From the NCBI GenBank assembly GCA_026026165.1, contig JAPEUD010000012.1:496001-516356 (forward strand): a DNA stretch of 20,356 nucleotides. Reading direction: 5' to 3'. Under the pieces are notes generated by a model that was given only the letters and a program-made list of their open reading frames with translations, did not search any database and was not told where the DNA came from. Of this stretch, positions 1 through 10,671 are shown piece by piece (within the stretch, counting starts at the first letter, position 1; every line of letters begins with the position of its first letter). The position numbers were made by a program, and so were the translations under genes. This stretch comes from Sarea resinae (taxonomy: Eukaryota).

Positions 1-58
1 CGATACAGGTGCATATATCATCAACAAGCTCCCATCTAATCGACCTCGTTGACCGAAG

Positions 59-1336
59 ATGCCTCCACGTTCGGCCTTCGCTGGCGGCTGGAGTGAGGCT
101 ACTGCAAAGAAGTGAGTGATCATCTTGCAAGCAATCTCTGAATCAACAACTGCACCACCAAAGGAAACTCTCAACTTTACCAAGACGACCTGGCTGACGA
201 CTTGATGTGATAGACTTGAAAAAATCACCGTTCCCGACAAGTAAGTCATCTAGTGCCGACCAGATTTCTTAAGATAATCCGCTAAAACAAGCGTCACAGG
301 ATCAAATGCGGTGGTTGCAAGAAGATCCGAGTTCAGGGAGCCTACTCCAAGAAGCAGCTGACCGACCTTCGGCATAAGATCTACCTGAATGATAGGCTCA
401 ATCCTTTGACGGGTGGCCATATCAAATGCCGCCATTGCACCGGCCAGCAGGTCCATGAGCTCACTTGCTGCATCTGCGACGAGACCAGAGGACTAGAAGG
501 CTTTAGCAAAGCCCAGCGGCGCGACCCGGACAAAGCTGTGAGTTTTCCTCGTAGCGTCAAATGATATTGAAGCCGACAAGCCCGTATTAGCGCTGCCTCG
601 ACTGTGTCAACTTGCACGAGACCCTTGAGCCTGGCCTTGAAGACGACGACGAGACCGACTCCGATACCGCGAGCAACCCATACGAATCGGACGCAGTGAG
701 CTTAGTACCCGTACAATAAACAGCTTTACTGATCATCTCTGCAGGGTGACGACGTAGAATCTGGAGTTGGACTGCCCGTTGCGTCTCTCGGCAAACTGGC
801 AATTTCTTCCAAGCCGTCTGACGGCGCCTCTCTTGGAGGTATTCGTCTCTCTGGCAAGGGAAAAGCTACAGAGACGAATTCCATCCAGTCCCCGGCGGGC
901 GGAGTCGAGCTCGATAGTCAAGACGCTTACAGTAACGCAAGAGAATGGGACGAGCAGCCACGCAGGGGAAGAGGAAGCATTCTCGCCGGAAGCAACGTCG
1001 CCGGTTCGGCATCCTCCATAACATTCGATCCTTTTGCCTATGGACACCGATCATATGCCAGCACAGTCACCACCGATCAGCATTGGCAGAACGTGAAGTC
1101 AAAATCTAGGAAGGGCAAGCCTCTCGACTCGATTGGAAACAAAAACGACAGATTTCCGCGAGTCCCGGTACATTTTTCTTCCTCCGCGCGAAAGATTACA
1201 CATGCTAACCGGTCAGGCTTATAAACCGCGTAGAGACGACTACGACGATCTGAAAGTCCCAAGCTACTTGCAGGGCAAGGGTAATGCTGAGCCAGATGAC
1301 AGTGACGGAGAATCGGACCTGCTTCGAGAGGCGTAA
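59..1336 (+). CDS. Stc1-domain (tandem zinc-finger, siRNA-to-chromatin type) protein, 6 exons, about 321 aa
   Basis: Exons 59-111, 214-240, 300-537, 591-695, 745-1167, 1217-1336 join in frame (966 nt) through GT..AG introns. Translation: MPPRSAFAGGWSEATAKKLEKITVPDKIKCGGCKKIRVQGAYSKKQL...IKCRHCTGQQVHELTCCICDETRGLEGFSKAQRRDPDKARCLDCV. Four CxxC pairs with YSKKQL and FSKAQR motifs match the Stc1 domain as I recall it. An acidic, low-complexity tail follows. Confidence 0.85.
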
Positions 1337-2277
1337 AGTCAACGATTAATGGCGCAAGCAAGCTCGTGGAGGACAGGTGAGAAACAGGCAGCGAACCCGA
1401 CCGCAAACGGTATTGTTGAATAACTTCTATTTAGTCTTATCTGGCTCAGCATGCATCTCTTCCACAAGACGAAAATGCTGCATATGATCCGATGCAAGGC
1501 TGGAGATCTCAAGTCTCTCTTTATCTTTCGGTCTCGGCCACGGGGACAGGTTGCTGAGAAATAGGATACTCGACAGATTCAATAGCAATACAAAAAACAT
1601 TTCTTTTCAGAAAGCAGTCGGGTTTTGAACATACAACGGCGGAGATGAGAGTGACATGCATGATGGATCAGCCTTGTGGAAGGCGTCGTCGTCCCCACAG
1701 AAAGATGCGGGACATGAGGACGATACTTTAGACAAGGCAGCGAATCAAAAGAGGGCGACGGCGACAGTTTCCTAGCCGAATCATCTGCTACTAAGGCATA
1801 GAAACACAATTGAGATTCCATCGTTATCCTGATACGTAAGAGCCGGGATAGCCTCGGCATTCATGCTTTGACAATTGACGGATAGCCTCGTTGACCGCTC
1901 TGGGTCAGGAGGCTGAGCCGGAGCATTTGGGGGAGGTTCACGTTGCAAGAAGGGCGGGCGGTTGATGGGGAATGGGTGAGAAGAGCGGTGTTTCTGAAGG
2001 CGGCTGTGCTGTTAGGTCTCGGCTTGGATTTCGTACAGCGTACTCACAATTCCTTGATTATTGCACGGCTGATAGAGCAGCGACGGATGTGGAAGGACTT
2101 CGTACTTCGTACCTCGTTCTGGTGCGGGTACCTCTCGCCACCGCAAGCCCGGTGACCGATGACAGAGGGGTGACCATCATGGGACCGATACCAAGTCGAG
2201 TGGACGAGTGGTGCAGGTTCAGCCTGACGGTGAAAGGCAGGTCCCGCATACCATGGACGGCGTACCTGTCGATTCGC

Positions 2278-2317
2278 GTCAAGTCTCGCCAAGTCTCGTC
2301 AAGTCTCGTCAAGTCTC
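2278..2317. repeat. 10-bp tandem repeat (GTCAAGTCTC)x4
   Basis: gtcaagtctc gccaagtctc gtcaagtctc gtcaagtctc read directly; intergenic. Confidence 0.9.
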
Positions 2318-3358
2318 CCGTCCTCGGTCCTCACTATCAGCGGCACGAGCCATGACAGAGGTTCCATGACGTCGAAGAGAGAAGAGGGACCGTCAAAGTC
2401 ACACTGCACGAGTTCGACCACCTTGGGTACATAGTACTACTGCGCAGTAGTCGTTGGACCCTGAAAGTATCTTTTTTGTTCGATGGAAACAAGAGGGGGA
2501 ATTCGAGCTTCCCTTCCCTCCATCGACACCACCGACACCACCTGCACCCAGTTCACTGCATTCTGCACTTACCTAAGATCTCTCCCACAGTACAGTACGA
2601 GGCAGAGGCAATCCTCATGCACCCTCAGCCTTGAAAGCCCCGATCTCCCATCTGAATTTCCTCATCTCTCCCATCTTGCTTCCGATACTTTCTGCGACTC
2701 CCACCCCCGCCGCTTTTCCATTCGATACCGACAGCAGCTATCGCCGCCCTACGTTAGAGTCTGAACTGTGTCACGCCCAGGATCGTCTCGAACCATTCAT
2801 CCATCACTACATCTTGCCTTCGTTTCCTACTACTGAAGTGGTCGTTTCCTCCAATCTTCTGGTCGTCTTGTCGGCTCTTCCTCACGTCGTATCCCGCCAG
2901 ACGCAGACCAGCCAATATCATCGACGTCTCGGTCTTTGGGCCGCTGCTACTGCTGGGACGGATACGTACCGGACTACTGCTGTCTGCCCAGTGCACATCG
3001 ATCCCAACCCAATTACGCGCACCTTACCTACCCACTACCACTAAGAGGGTACTATCCATCTTACCTTACCTTGACTTACAAGTTACACCTTACCTGCTTG
3101 GCCCAGTCAGCGGCAAACCACCTGCACCATCTGCAACTTTCTTCCACCTCATTCCGTTGTTCGATCTTGCATAGCTTTTGTGTTCCTCCGACAGGTCCAT
3201 GTCGTTGCATTCAATTTCATCATAAACAAATCGCACCACAATAACACCTGGCACTTTCGACCCCCATCGGGCCTCATTCTTCTGCCGCCTCTCTTATATC
3301 GTCGTCGCCGAATCTTTGCCGGCTAGTCCTGAAAGCCATCGATCGAATCCACGGGATC

Positions 3359-5352
3359 ATGTTTTACGGTTACGGTAACAACGGTTCTCCTCCGAAGCCT
3401 CCCGGCTATCCGCCGCAGTATGGGAATTCTCAGCACGAACGCTCACGATCGCGCGGATCGTCCATGGCTCGCGGGGAGGGGTACTCTGCAGACTATGCTC
3501 GCCAGGAACCTCAAGGTCAACGGCTCAACGAGGCCATCTCCTCCGCGTTCGACGAGGCAAACGTATCCTCGACCCATGTCCCTCCGGAGCTCCTCAGCTC
3601 AATCACCGCTCAAGTTACCGAGGATGTGATCCGTCGATTGCAGAGCGCAGGGCTGGAACAGACCACGATACCAATGCCTCAACCGCCGACGATGGCGCGA
3701 TCGAGTTCCAACTCGACAAACTCCCCAACTCTGCCGGCACGGGACGTCTATACGCCACCTTCACCGCAGCGAAAGTCTGATTCGACGGCCTCAGCAGCTC
3801 CTCCACCAGTAGCGCCTCCCATCTCTCGGAGTCCCGAGAAATTTGAAGATCTGCGCGATAAGGGAAGGGCACCACCGTCTCGAGAGAGCAGTGACTCTAG
3901 CCTTCCTCGCCCGAAACCAACGAGGCTCCCAACGGAAGATGAGACGACCTTGGAGAAGATCTGGCGGCCATTATTCGATTCGGAAGGACAGTCGACGACT
4001 AGGTTGGCGGATTTTCTGCAGGGACTTGCTATTCATATTGTATGCGTCCTAACACACCCAAGAGATTCCATGTAGTAGAGACCTGACAAGACGCAGATAC
4101 AACATTACGAACCTCGTCATAGCCTTGTCATTACACCCAAGAAGATGGCAAAGTTCTACGAAGATGTCCGAATACCACAAGAGATCTATACTTGGAACAG
4201 TATGTCAGCACGATTGATGTTTTTACTTGATATATGCTAATTAGCTCAGCTATCTTCAAGGGTAAATCAGAGGCCGCTCTTTCGAAGATCTACCGCGACC
4301 TTGAGTGCCCTCATCATTTTGTTCAGGACCGACCCGACGGGAATCCATATATCCCAGCGTTGACTCCTGTGGGATTTCAACGATGGATGACCTTGCTCAT
4401 TCGTGCTCATCCTGATAATGAGTTCGACCGATTAGCTAAGGCGGTACTCAACATGCCTATCAACAGTGCAGAAGACCCAAGCTATCGATTCCCGAAGGAA
4501 ATATCGCGCCGACTCTTTCCGATAGAAGGAAATCGTGAAGCCGCCGACAGATTCGTTTCTGCGATTACTGCAGGAGGCGACATCGAGGTTCCCAAACCCA
4601 CACGTCCAGAGCCGGCAGTTCGTCGATCCCCTGTGCCAGAGCCGAAATTTAAACCACCCACAGTCACGGGTGCTTTTGAGCGTGAACGAAAACCATATGC
4701 TAAGACCCCTACACCGAATGAGTCTGCCGTGGTAGAGCCCCCGTCATCTCCTGCGCCTAACCCAGCGCCTTCCATCGAACGAGAAAGGAAGCCCTACAGC
4801 GCCCAGCCTGGAGGCGGCAAAATCTACGAGGGGCCTGGAAACCTCAAGCCTAGTCAGAAACCAACTCGAGCAAACTCCACCAGCAAAGTCAAGCCCATCT
4901 CATTGAATGCAGCAGCCGCAGCTCGAGCGGTTGACATTCCAGACTCTCGTCAACCCCAACACCGACCCTCAAGTACCCTCACGGGACTGCCCCGAAGAGC
5001 TCGCAGCCCATCCTTCAGCAACGACTTCCGACGATCCGAAAATGATCTCCTCGGTTACCATGGGCCTTCCGCCTCTGCGCCGGCCGACGTTGAAGCAGAC
5101 GAAAATAGTCGCTATGCCCGCGAAGCAGAGAGGCGGCAGGCAGACTGGGCGCGCCGACAAGCCGAGGAAGATGCCAGGGGGTTCGACAGCCCGCGCGAGA
5201 GAGAGCGTTTTGACCGGATGGCGGATTTCAGTTCTCCACCGGCGCCAAGGAGAGATTATGAAGACTACTACCGCACTGCTCCAGTATCGCAACCTACGAG
5301 AAATGCGTACGATTACAATAACCCGCCATATCCGACGTCCGGTTATCGTTAG
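3359..5352 (+). CDS. Pro/Ser-rich fungal protein with DUF7514-like central domain, 3 exons, about 628 aa
   Basis: Exons 3359-4039, 4097-4199, 4250-5352 (1887 nt); introns GTATGC..CTGAC..CAG and GTATGT..CTAAT..CAG. The joined domain reads TTLEKIWRPLFDSEGQSTTRLADFLQGLAIHI-IQHYEPRHSLVITPKKMAKFYE...IYRDLECPHHFVQ...IPALTPVGFQRWMTLLIRAHPDNEFDRL...FPKEISRRLFP, followed by two ERERKPY motifs. Family name is from recall, not a search. Confidence 0.82.
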
Positions 5353-5538
5353 AGTGGATCGTGAAGCACTTTGTGCATTTTTTGGAGCGGATGAATGGAA
5401 GAATTGGGGTGGGTCGGGCTGGCTGGCGTTTTTTCCTCGATTCCTTTTCGTCTGTTCCTATACTTATTTCTTCCCTTGTTTGCTTGAATGCTTTCTATCT
5501 CTCTCGGGTGTGCTTATTCCTCATAGCGGAAGCGATTT

Positions 5539-5594
5539 GAAAGGAAAGGAAAGGAAAGGAAAGGAAGGGAAAGGAAAGGAAATGAAAGGAAGGA
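5539..5594. repeat. (GAAAG)n pentanucleotide microsatellite, about 11 imperfect units
   Basis: gaaaggaaaggaaagg... read directly, about 190 nt downstream of the 5352 stop (probable 3' UTR). Confidence 0.9.
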
Positions 5595-6787
5595 GAAATG
5601 GGAGCATAACGACTTTCTATTTTGTATTCCCTGCCAACTTTCTCTAGCGTCAGCGTCCTGTCAGCGTCCAGTGAAATACTTTACTATTGTCGTCTTGCCA
5701 ATTACATCTTGTTGATTGTCCATTCTAGCCTGCGCTCTCGCGTTGTTATCTTCAAGCCTCTTCTCGGCGCTCAGTACCTCAAGCCCCACTGACCGTCACG
5801 GAGAGGTCTCTAGTCGCACACATCTATGTCTCAAGCTCTTGTCTCTACTGGATTGAAAGAATGACTGGACGTGGTTCTTTCGCATGTGTACATCAACGAA
5901 TTTCCTTGTTGCCTTTCATTTCATGTACACGTGAGAAAAGATAGAGCAGATAAAAATCGGTTGATGCCGCTCCGTCGATGTGATACTGATATCAATGTCT
6001 TACGAGATCCGAGCGCTGTACTGAATTAACGCAAGATGTCGTCTCTCGAGAGAGTCTTATGTATCTAGAGCTGTGGATGACTACTCTTACCATCAGGTAG
6101 GTGTGAAGACTCAAACGAGTGCTGTGCATTGGTGTCCGTATGGGGTAAAAGCGGAAGGAATCGGCAAAGGTCGGCGTTTGAGGATCAGATGGCGTGGGCG
6201 GCTAAACCAAAGCATGAGTGGTGGAGCGAGATACTACTAAGGTACAACGCAACGAGGTGCACATCCACGGGCACTGGGTAACGGATTCTCCCGTCGTTCC
6301 CGTCGTTTTCAGACTCGTTCGTCATCTGCAAATACTATCAACTATCTTATCGTCAAGGGCGTTTGTCCAGCCCATGGCACCGCGCTTCTTCAATTTTGCC
6401 TCTTGTGCCGCTACTGCCTTGTGTGAGATTATCAACGTCGCGTCGTCGTGACTTGACACTGTTGACCGTGAGGCATTCGCATCGCCCGCAATTCGAATGA
6501 AGAGACGCACTTTGCATACTTTGAGTGACACGACTGGGACTTGCAAGACTGATGGGAGCCGTCGCTGTCCACCGTCACAGCATACTGACAGACTCTATCT
6601 ACCGACCGTCGAGCGTTTACCTTGGGGCATCAATGCTCCTCTATTAGTGTAGACGGTAGCCTCCTCTGAGCATCGCTGTATACATCTCCTTCCTCTCTCC
6701 ACGATCGGACGGCAGTGCCACGATTGTCTCCCTCGCGGCCCACGGCGCTCTCCAGATCGGATTGGATGATTTTCGATCACTCGGAAG

Positions 6788-7600
6788 ATGGCCGATGAGT
6801 CCGAGTCACGGACGTTGCTGGAGGACTACCTTGCCGACCCCAGCGACCAGCGACTCGCCGGCTTGATTGTGCCCTTCTACTCGAGGTCGCATTTCACCTC
6901 CGCACCTCGAAGGCTTACTCCCAGCACCACCTCAAGCTCGCTCCAGATATCGGGCTACAGCCATACACTTTACAGCTCCACCGATTCGCAGGTTGTCCCT
7001 GTCTTGACTCGCGAATCCTCGACTGCCTCGACCGACTCCATCGATACCGCCTTCGCCGACGACATTCCAGGTTATCCGCTGTTACAAGAGCAAGCAGGAG
7101 GCGTGCTTGAATACCATCAGCCTCCCACCAGCACGATTCTGGAATGCCCATTCCGGTTCCTGGGCTGCATCGACACCTTTGCTTCATTCGATGACTGGCA
7201 CACCCACAGTCTCGAGCACTTTGGTGCACATGGGCCGCCTGCTCACAATATCTGTTGCTTTTGCGACTTCACCTTCGACGCCGATGATGGGAAAAGGTCC
7301 TGGGAGGCAAGGATGCACCATGTGGCAGATGTGCATCACCGGCGGGGAGAAAGTCTGGCTCGTGCTCGACCCGACTTTGCTCTGTATCGCTATCTAGAAG
7401 AGAAAGGCCTTATGAGCGCGATACAATTGCGCCGTCTTGCCGACCGATCAGAGGCACCAGGCCACCCTCCGCTAGCTTTGGGAGGGTCTCCCAATGACAC
7501 GTCTAGCGATCCGCAAGAGCTAGTACCGGTGATAGAGGACAGACAAGAGCGCAGGAGACGCGAACGGCAACGACAACGACGGCGTCGAAGAGAGAGTTGA
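6788..7600 (+). CDS. Intronless fungal protein with two atypical C2H2-like zinc fingers and a basic C-terminal NLS-like tail, 270 aa
   Basis: ATG in good context (AAGATGG) with an in-frame stop just upstream. Contains C-x6-C-x12-H-x3-H (CPFRFLGCIDTFASFDDWHTHSLEH) and C-x2-C-x18-H-x4-H (CCFCDFTF...WEARMHHVADVH), then ARPDFALYRYL. Ends RRRRERQRQRRRRRES. Confidence 0.8.
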   Translation: MADESESRTLLEDYLADPSDQRLAGLIVPFYSRSHFTSAPRRLTPSTTSSSLQISGYSHTLYSSTDSQVVPVLTRESSTASTDSIDTAFADDIPGYPLLQEQAGGVLEYHQPPTSTILECPFRFLGCIDTFASFDDWHTHSLEHFGAHGPPAHNICCFCDFTFDADDGKRSWEARMHHVADVHHRRGESLARARPDFALYRYLEEKGLMSAIQLRRLADRSEAPGHPPLALGGSPNDTSSDPQELVPVIEDRQERRRRERQRQRRRRRES

Positions 7601-8645
7601 TCGTCGGATGATTATCGAGCTCGAGATCGAGTGCATTCGGCTGTCTAGGAGGCCGCGAAGCAGCTTAAAGCCATGCTTGCCACTGTGCCGATTTTGCTTT
7701 CCAAAGACTATGGCACGACTCCTCTGGACACGCGATAGCATTTATTGTATCACCTTCTAGGTGCTCCCTTATATATGCTTGCCTTACCGGTGGACTGGGC
7801 TACCGACATGGGCAGCCCAGGCTAGGACTTTGCTGCTGCCTAGGCGACATCTATCGCTTATCGACTGCAGCCTATTTTTCTGTTGTTTTTGGCGTCTCTC
7901 ACCGCGCCGATCTCGTTGGATCTAGGATGTAATGGTGTCGGCCTTATTTGCGGGGTATGGCGTTGGAAGCCAGGTGTGCTCACGAATCACGATCGTTTTT
8001 CCACGAACCGCCCATGGATCTATTTTGGCATTATGCCTTGTTTCTCTCATACCCCCCTCCACGTGTCCTCGAAGGCACAAATTGGAGATTGTTCTACCGG
8101 CGTTATGCGTATATGGTTTCAGCAGATCTTGTACCCGATATTAGGCAAAAAGAAAATGGATGCGTATCAGTCAGCAATGGATGGTGTTTGATTCAGGCAG
8201 TCTCTCAGCGTGATCGCTCAACTTCATCAGCCCTTCCGTGTGGCTCCTGCTAGGGCCACGCTGATAGCTATAGCAACAATGTGTGCCAGTAGATTCATGC
8301 ATTCGTATCACTTTGCAGATTAGTTGCTGCACCGCCATAACGATGCAGCAGAGAAGAGGCGCGAATGAGTGAGGTGGTGCACTCTGGCCGATCTGATTAG
8401 ATGGTACCAAGTACAGGAGGCGATCCAGCCTCAAGCGCAATCGTAATTCACATCCACCGTCCCAGCCAAGACCCATGATGCCGACCGCAAACGCATTTCC
8501 ATCCCCATCTGCTCTTCAATCCTCCACATCACAACTCACATGCAACGCGCGCGCACATAGCGCAATGGACTGGCGGTCTCACCAGTTTCCCTGAGTTCAT
8601 CTACCGGTCACCCGATCCTCTCATTCCCTCACTTCTTTGCTTCTG

Positions 8646-9505
8646 ATGGAGCACCTTTCGCTCCAGGATCCTCCCCCGGGATCCAACAATGTCATTGCCG
8701 GTGCCTCTGCTGCTGCCGGGCCTGCTGGATCTGGTGCTGGTACTCCTCAGCCGTCGCTAGGGTCGATGGCGCAGCAGCAGGTGCCGCAGCTGCCGCCGCA
8801 GATGTTCACGACCGCGGCGCAATTGCTTGATTTGACCGATAGTAAAACCTCCCTCTTCCCAGCCTCGAAGAACGAGACTTTTTCGTTATCGAGAGGAAAT
8901 ACATGGCTGACCAAGGCTCTTTCGCGACAAAGAGAAATTAATGGTGTCACTCCGAGACGGCAGAAAATTGATTGGCGTGTTGAGAAGTTGGGATCAATTC
9001 GGTATGAGCCAACACACATCGAGCATCTCTGCCCGAAGTCCAAGCACCAAGCAGCAATGTGCCGAGAGGATCTGGAAAACATGAAAGGCTAATCTAAGGG
9101 CCTGCTTTACTACGACACAGCAAACCTCGTCCTTCAAGACACCATCGAGCGGATCTTCGTCCAGAACCTCTACGCCGACATTCCGCGCGGCGTCTTCCTC
9201 GTGAGAGGAGAAAACGTGCTCCTGTTGGGAGAAATCGTCAGTTCCAGCCCCCTCCTTTTTAGCCAACATCATCCTACTAGCGTCCCATTGCTCTCGAAAC
9301 GATTCTATCTAACGTCCATGAACGACGACAGGACCTAGACAAAGACGACTACATTCCCGCGCCCTTCGAACGAGCCCCTATCGAGCAAGTATTCGCGCTC
9401 AGGAAGAAAGAACAGCTGGACCGCAAACGCACGGACAAGGCCAGACATGCCGAGTTGCTGAAACTCGGCTTCGAGGGCGAGGGCGCGGGCGAGATCATCA
9501 TGTGA
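8646..9505 (+). CDS. LSM1: Sm-like protein Lsm1 (cytoplasmic Lsm1-7 decapping activator), 4 exons, about 184 aa
   Basis: Exons 8646-8841, 8933-9001, 9121-9236, 9332-9505 (555 nt) give ...[86 protein letters not shown]..., which has the Sm1 and Sm2 motifs plus the Lsm1-specific C-terminal helix. Confidence 0.96.
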
Positions 9506-10240
9506 AAGTCTGAACGCCGGAGACCGTGACAACGAACGAGAGAAGAGAGTCTAGACGGGCGAAAAGGAAAAGGAAAAGGAAAACGAAATGAAAGAAGAGG
9601 TGAAAAAAGGGTTCGTGTTCTCGAGGCGCGGGTACTCGGATGAGAATGGGCGGTGGCTATTTGGGTTGACAGCTCTCTGGACGCAAGATGGCCGCGGTGT
9701 ATGCGGAAAAGCGAGCATGGTGTGTCGCGCAGGTGGCCGTGCCCACTGTTGCTCGATAAGAGGGCGTATTGTCGTGCATTGTATTGTACACAGGGCAGAA
9801 TATTGTGAAATGCCCGCAGCCCGGTCCGCGATGAATGCCGGGCCGACCCAGCTATCCGCTTCAATGCCAGGAGCGAGAAACTCCAGTCTTTCTCGGCTTT
9901 CCGTTCTTGTCGTGTCTTTGTCGTGTCTTTATTGTTTTGAACTTGTTTCCGGGCCCCTGAAGTCGGGGGTGTAGCATCATTTTACACTACTGTACTCTAC
10001 CTACCTACTCACTCCTATCCCTATGTAGATGGGGACCGTCAAAAGAAAGGAAATGGGAAGGGGGATCAGGGTATCAAAACCTCACTTCCTACCTACCTCC
10101 CTCCTGCGATCTGTCATTCGAAGTCGAAGGACAAATCAAGATGCTTGCTTTTTGTGAACATTGCTGGAGAAGAAAAAAAGTCATCAATGCATGCTATGCC
10201 GCGCTGCGGAAGAAAGACTCTTATCGAACCCAGAGTATAC

Positions 10241-10277
10241 CACACCGCACCGCACCAGAACAGAACAGAACAGAACA
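10241..10277. repeat. Compound pentamer microsatellite (CACCG)n(CAGAA)n
   Basis: cacaccgcaccgcaccagaacagaacagaacagaaca read directly in the convergent intergenic region. Confidence 0.75.
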
Positions 10278-10671
10278 ATACCGGCTATGCCTAAGACGCT
10301 ATCTTCTATGCCTAACGCGCCACGTGGTCCCCTAGCTATGTTCAGAGAAAACCTATCGATGCAAGTCGACCCGCTATGATGCCGTCGAACGTACTGTCCG
10401 TTGACGCTCGACATTTGTTTTCCTCGTTCGACATTTGCTTCCTTCGTTCGCTGGGTTCCCCGTGTCCACCTATCCGATTCCTTGTAGTGTCCGATAAGCC
10501 TTCTCAAGAGTCTAGTCGTGTGATATCAATAAGAACCAGAAAACGCCAGGGAACCTCAAGATCCAAACGGCCCCGAGTCCAAGCCCAGCCCCCGCCCCAG
10601 CCCGAGTCCGAGAGCGATGAAAAGAAGAAAGGAAAAAAAAAAAAGGATTTCGCATCATGTCAGACGATCCA

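Noticed and set aside
2278..2317. Short direct-repeat arrays (also 17331-17363 and 17988-18042) as CRISPR-like or telomeric arrays
   Set aside because: No spacers, units of 8-11 bp, eukaryotic context and no TTAGGG; these are ordinary minisatellites.
1400..2400. Small ORFs on both strands between the first two genes (likewise 5700-6780, 7880-8480 and 16450-17320)
   Set aside because: No recognisable domains, codon bias or consistent splice signals; I also saw no terminal repeats or RIP-like AT enrichment indicating a transposon relic.
2770..2800. GGTTCGA T-loop/B-box-like motif on the minus strand (similar hits near 10224 and 14540)
   Set aside because: No flanking T-stem, cloverleaf or A-box could be built, so no tRNA or SINE is supported.
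4907..5647. 246-aa alternative-frame ORF overlapping the end of the DUF7514-like gene
   Set aside because: Shadow frame with no recognisable motif; its tail simply translates the U-rich UTR and the GAAAG microsatellite.
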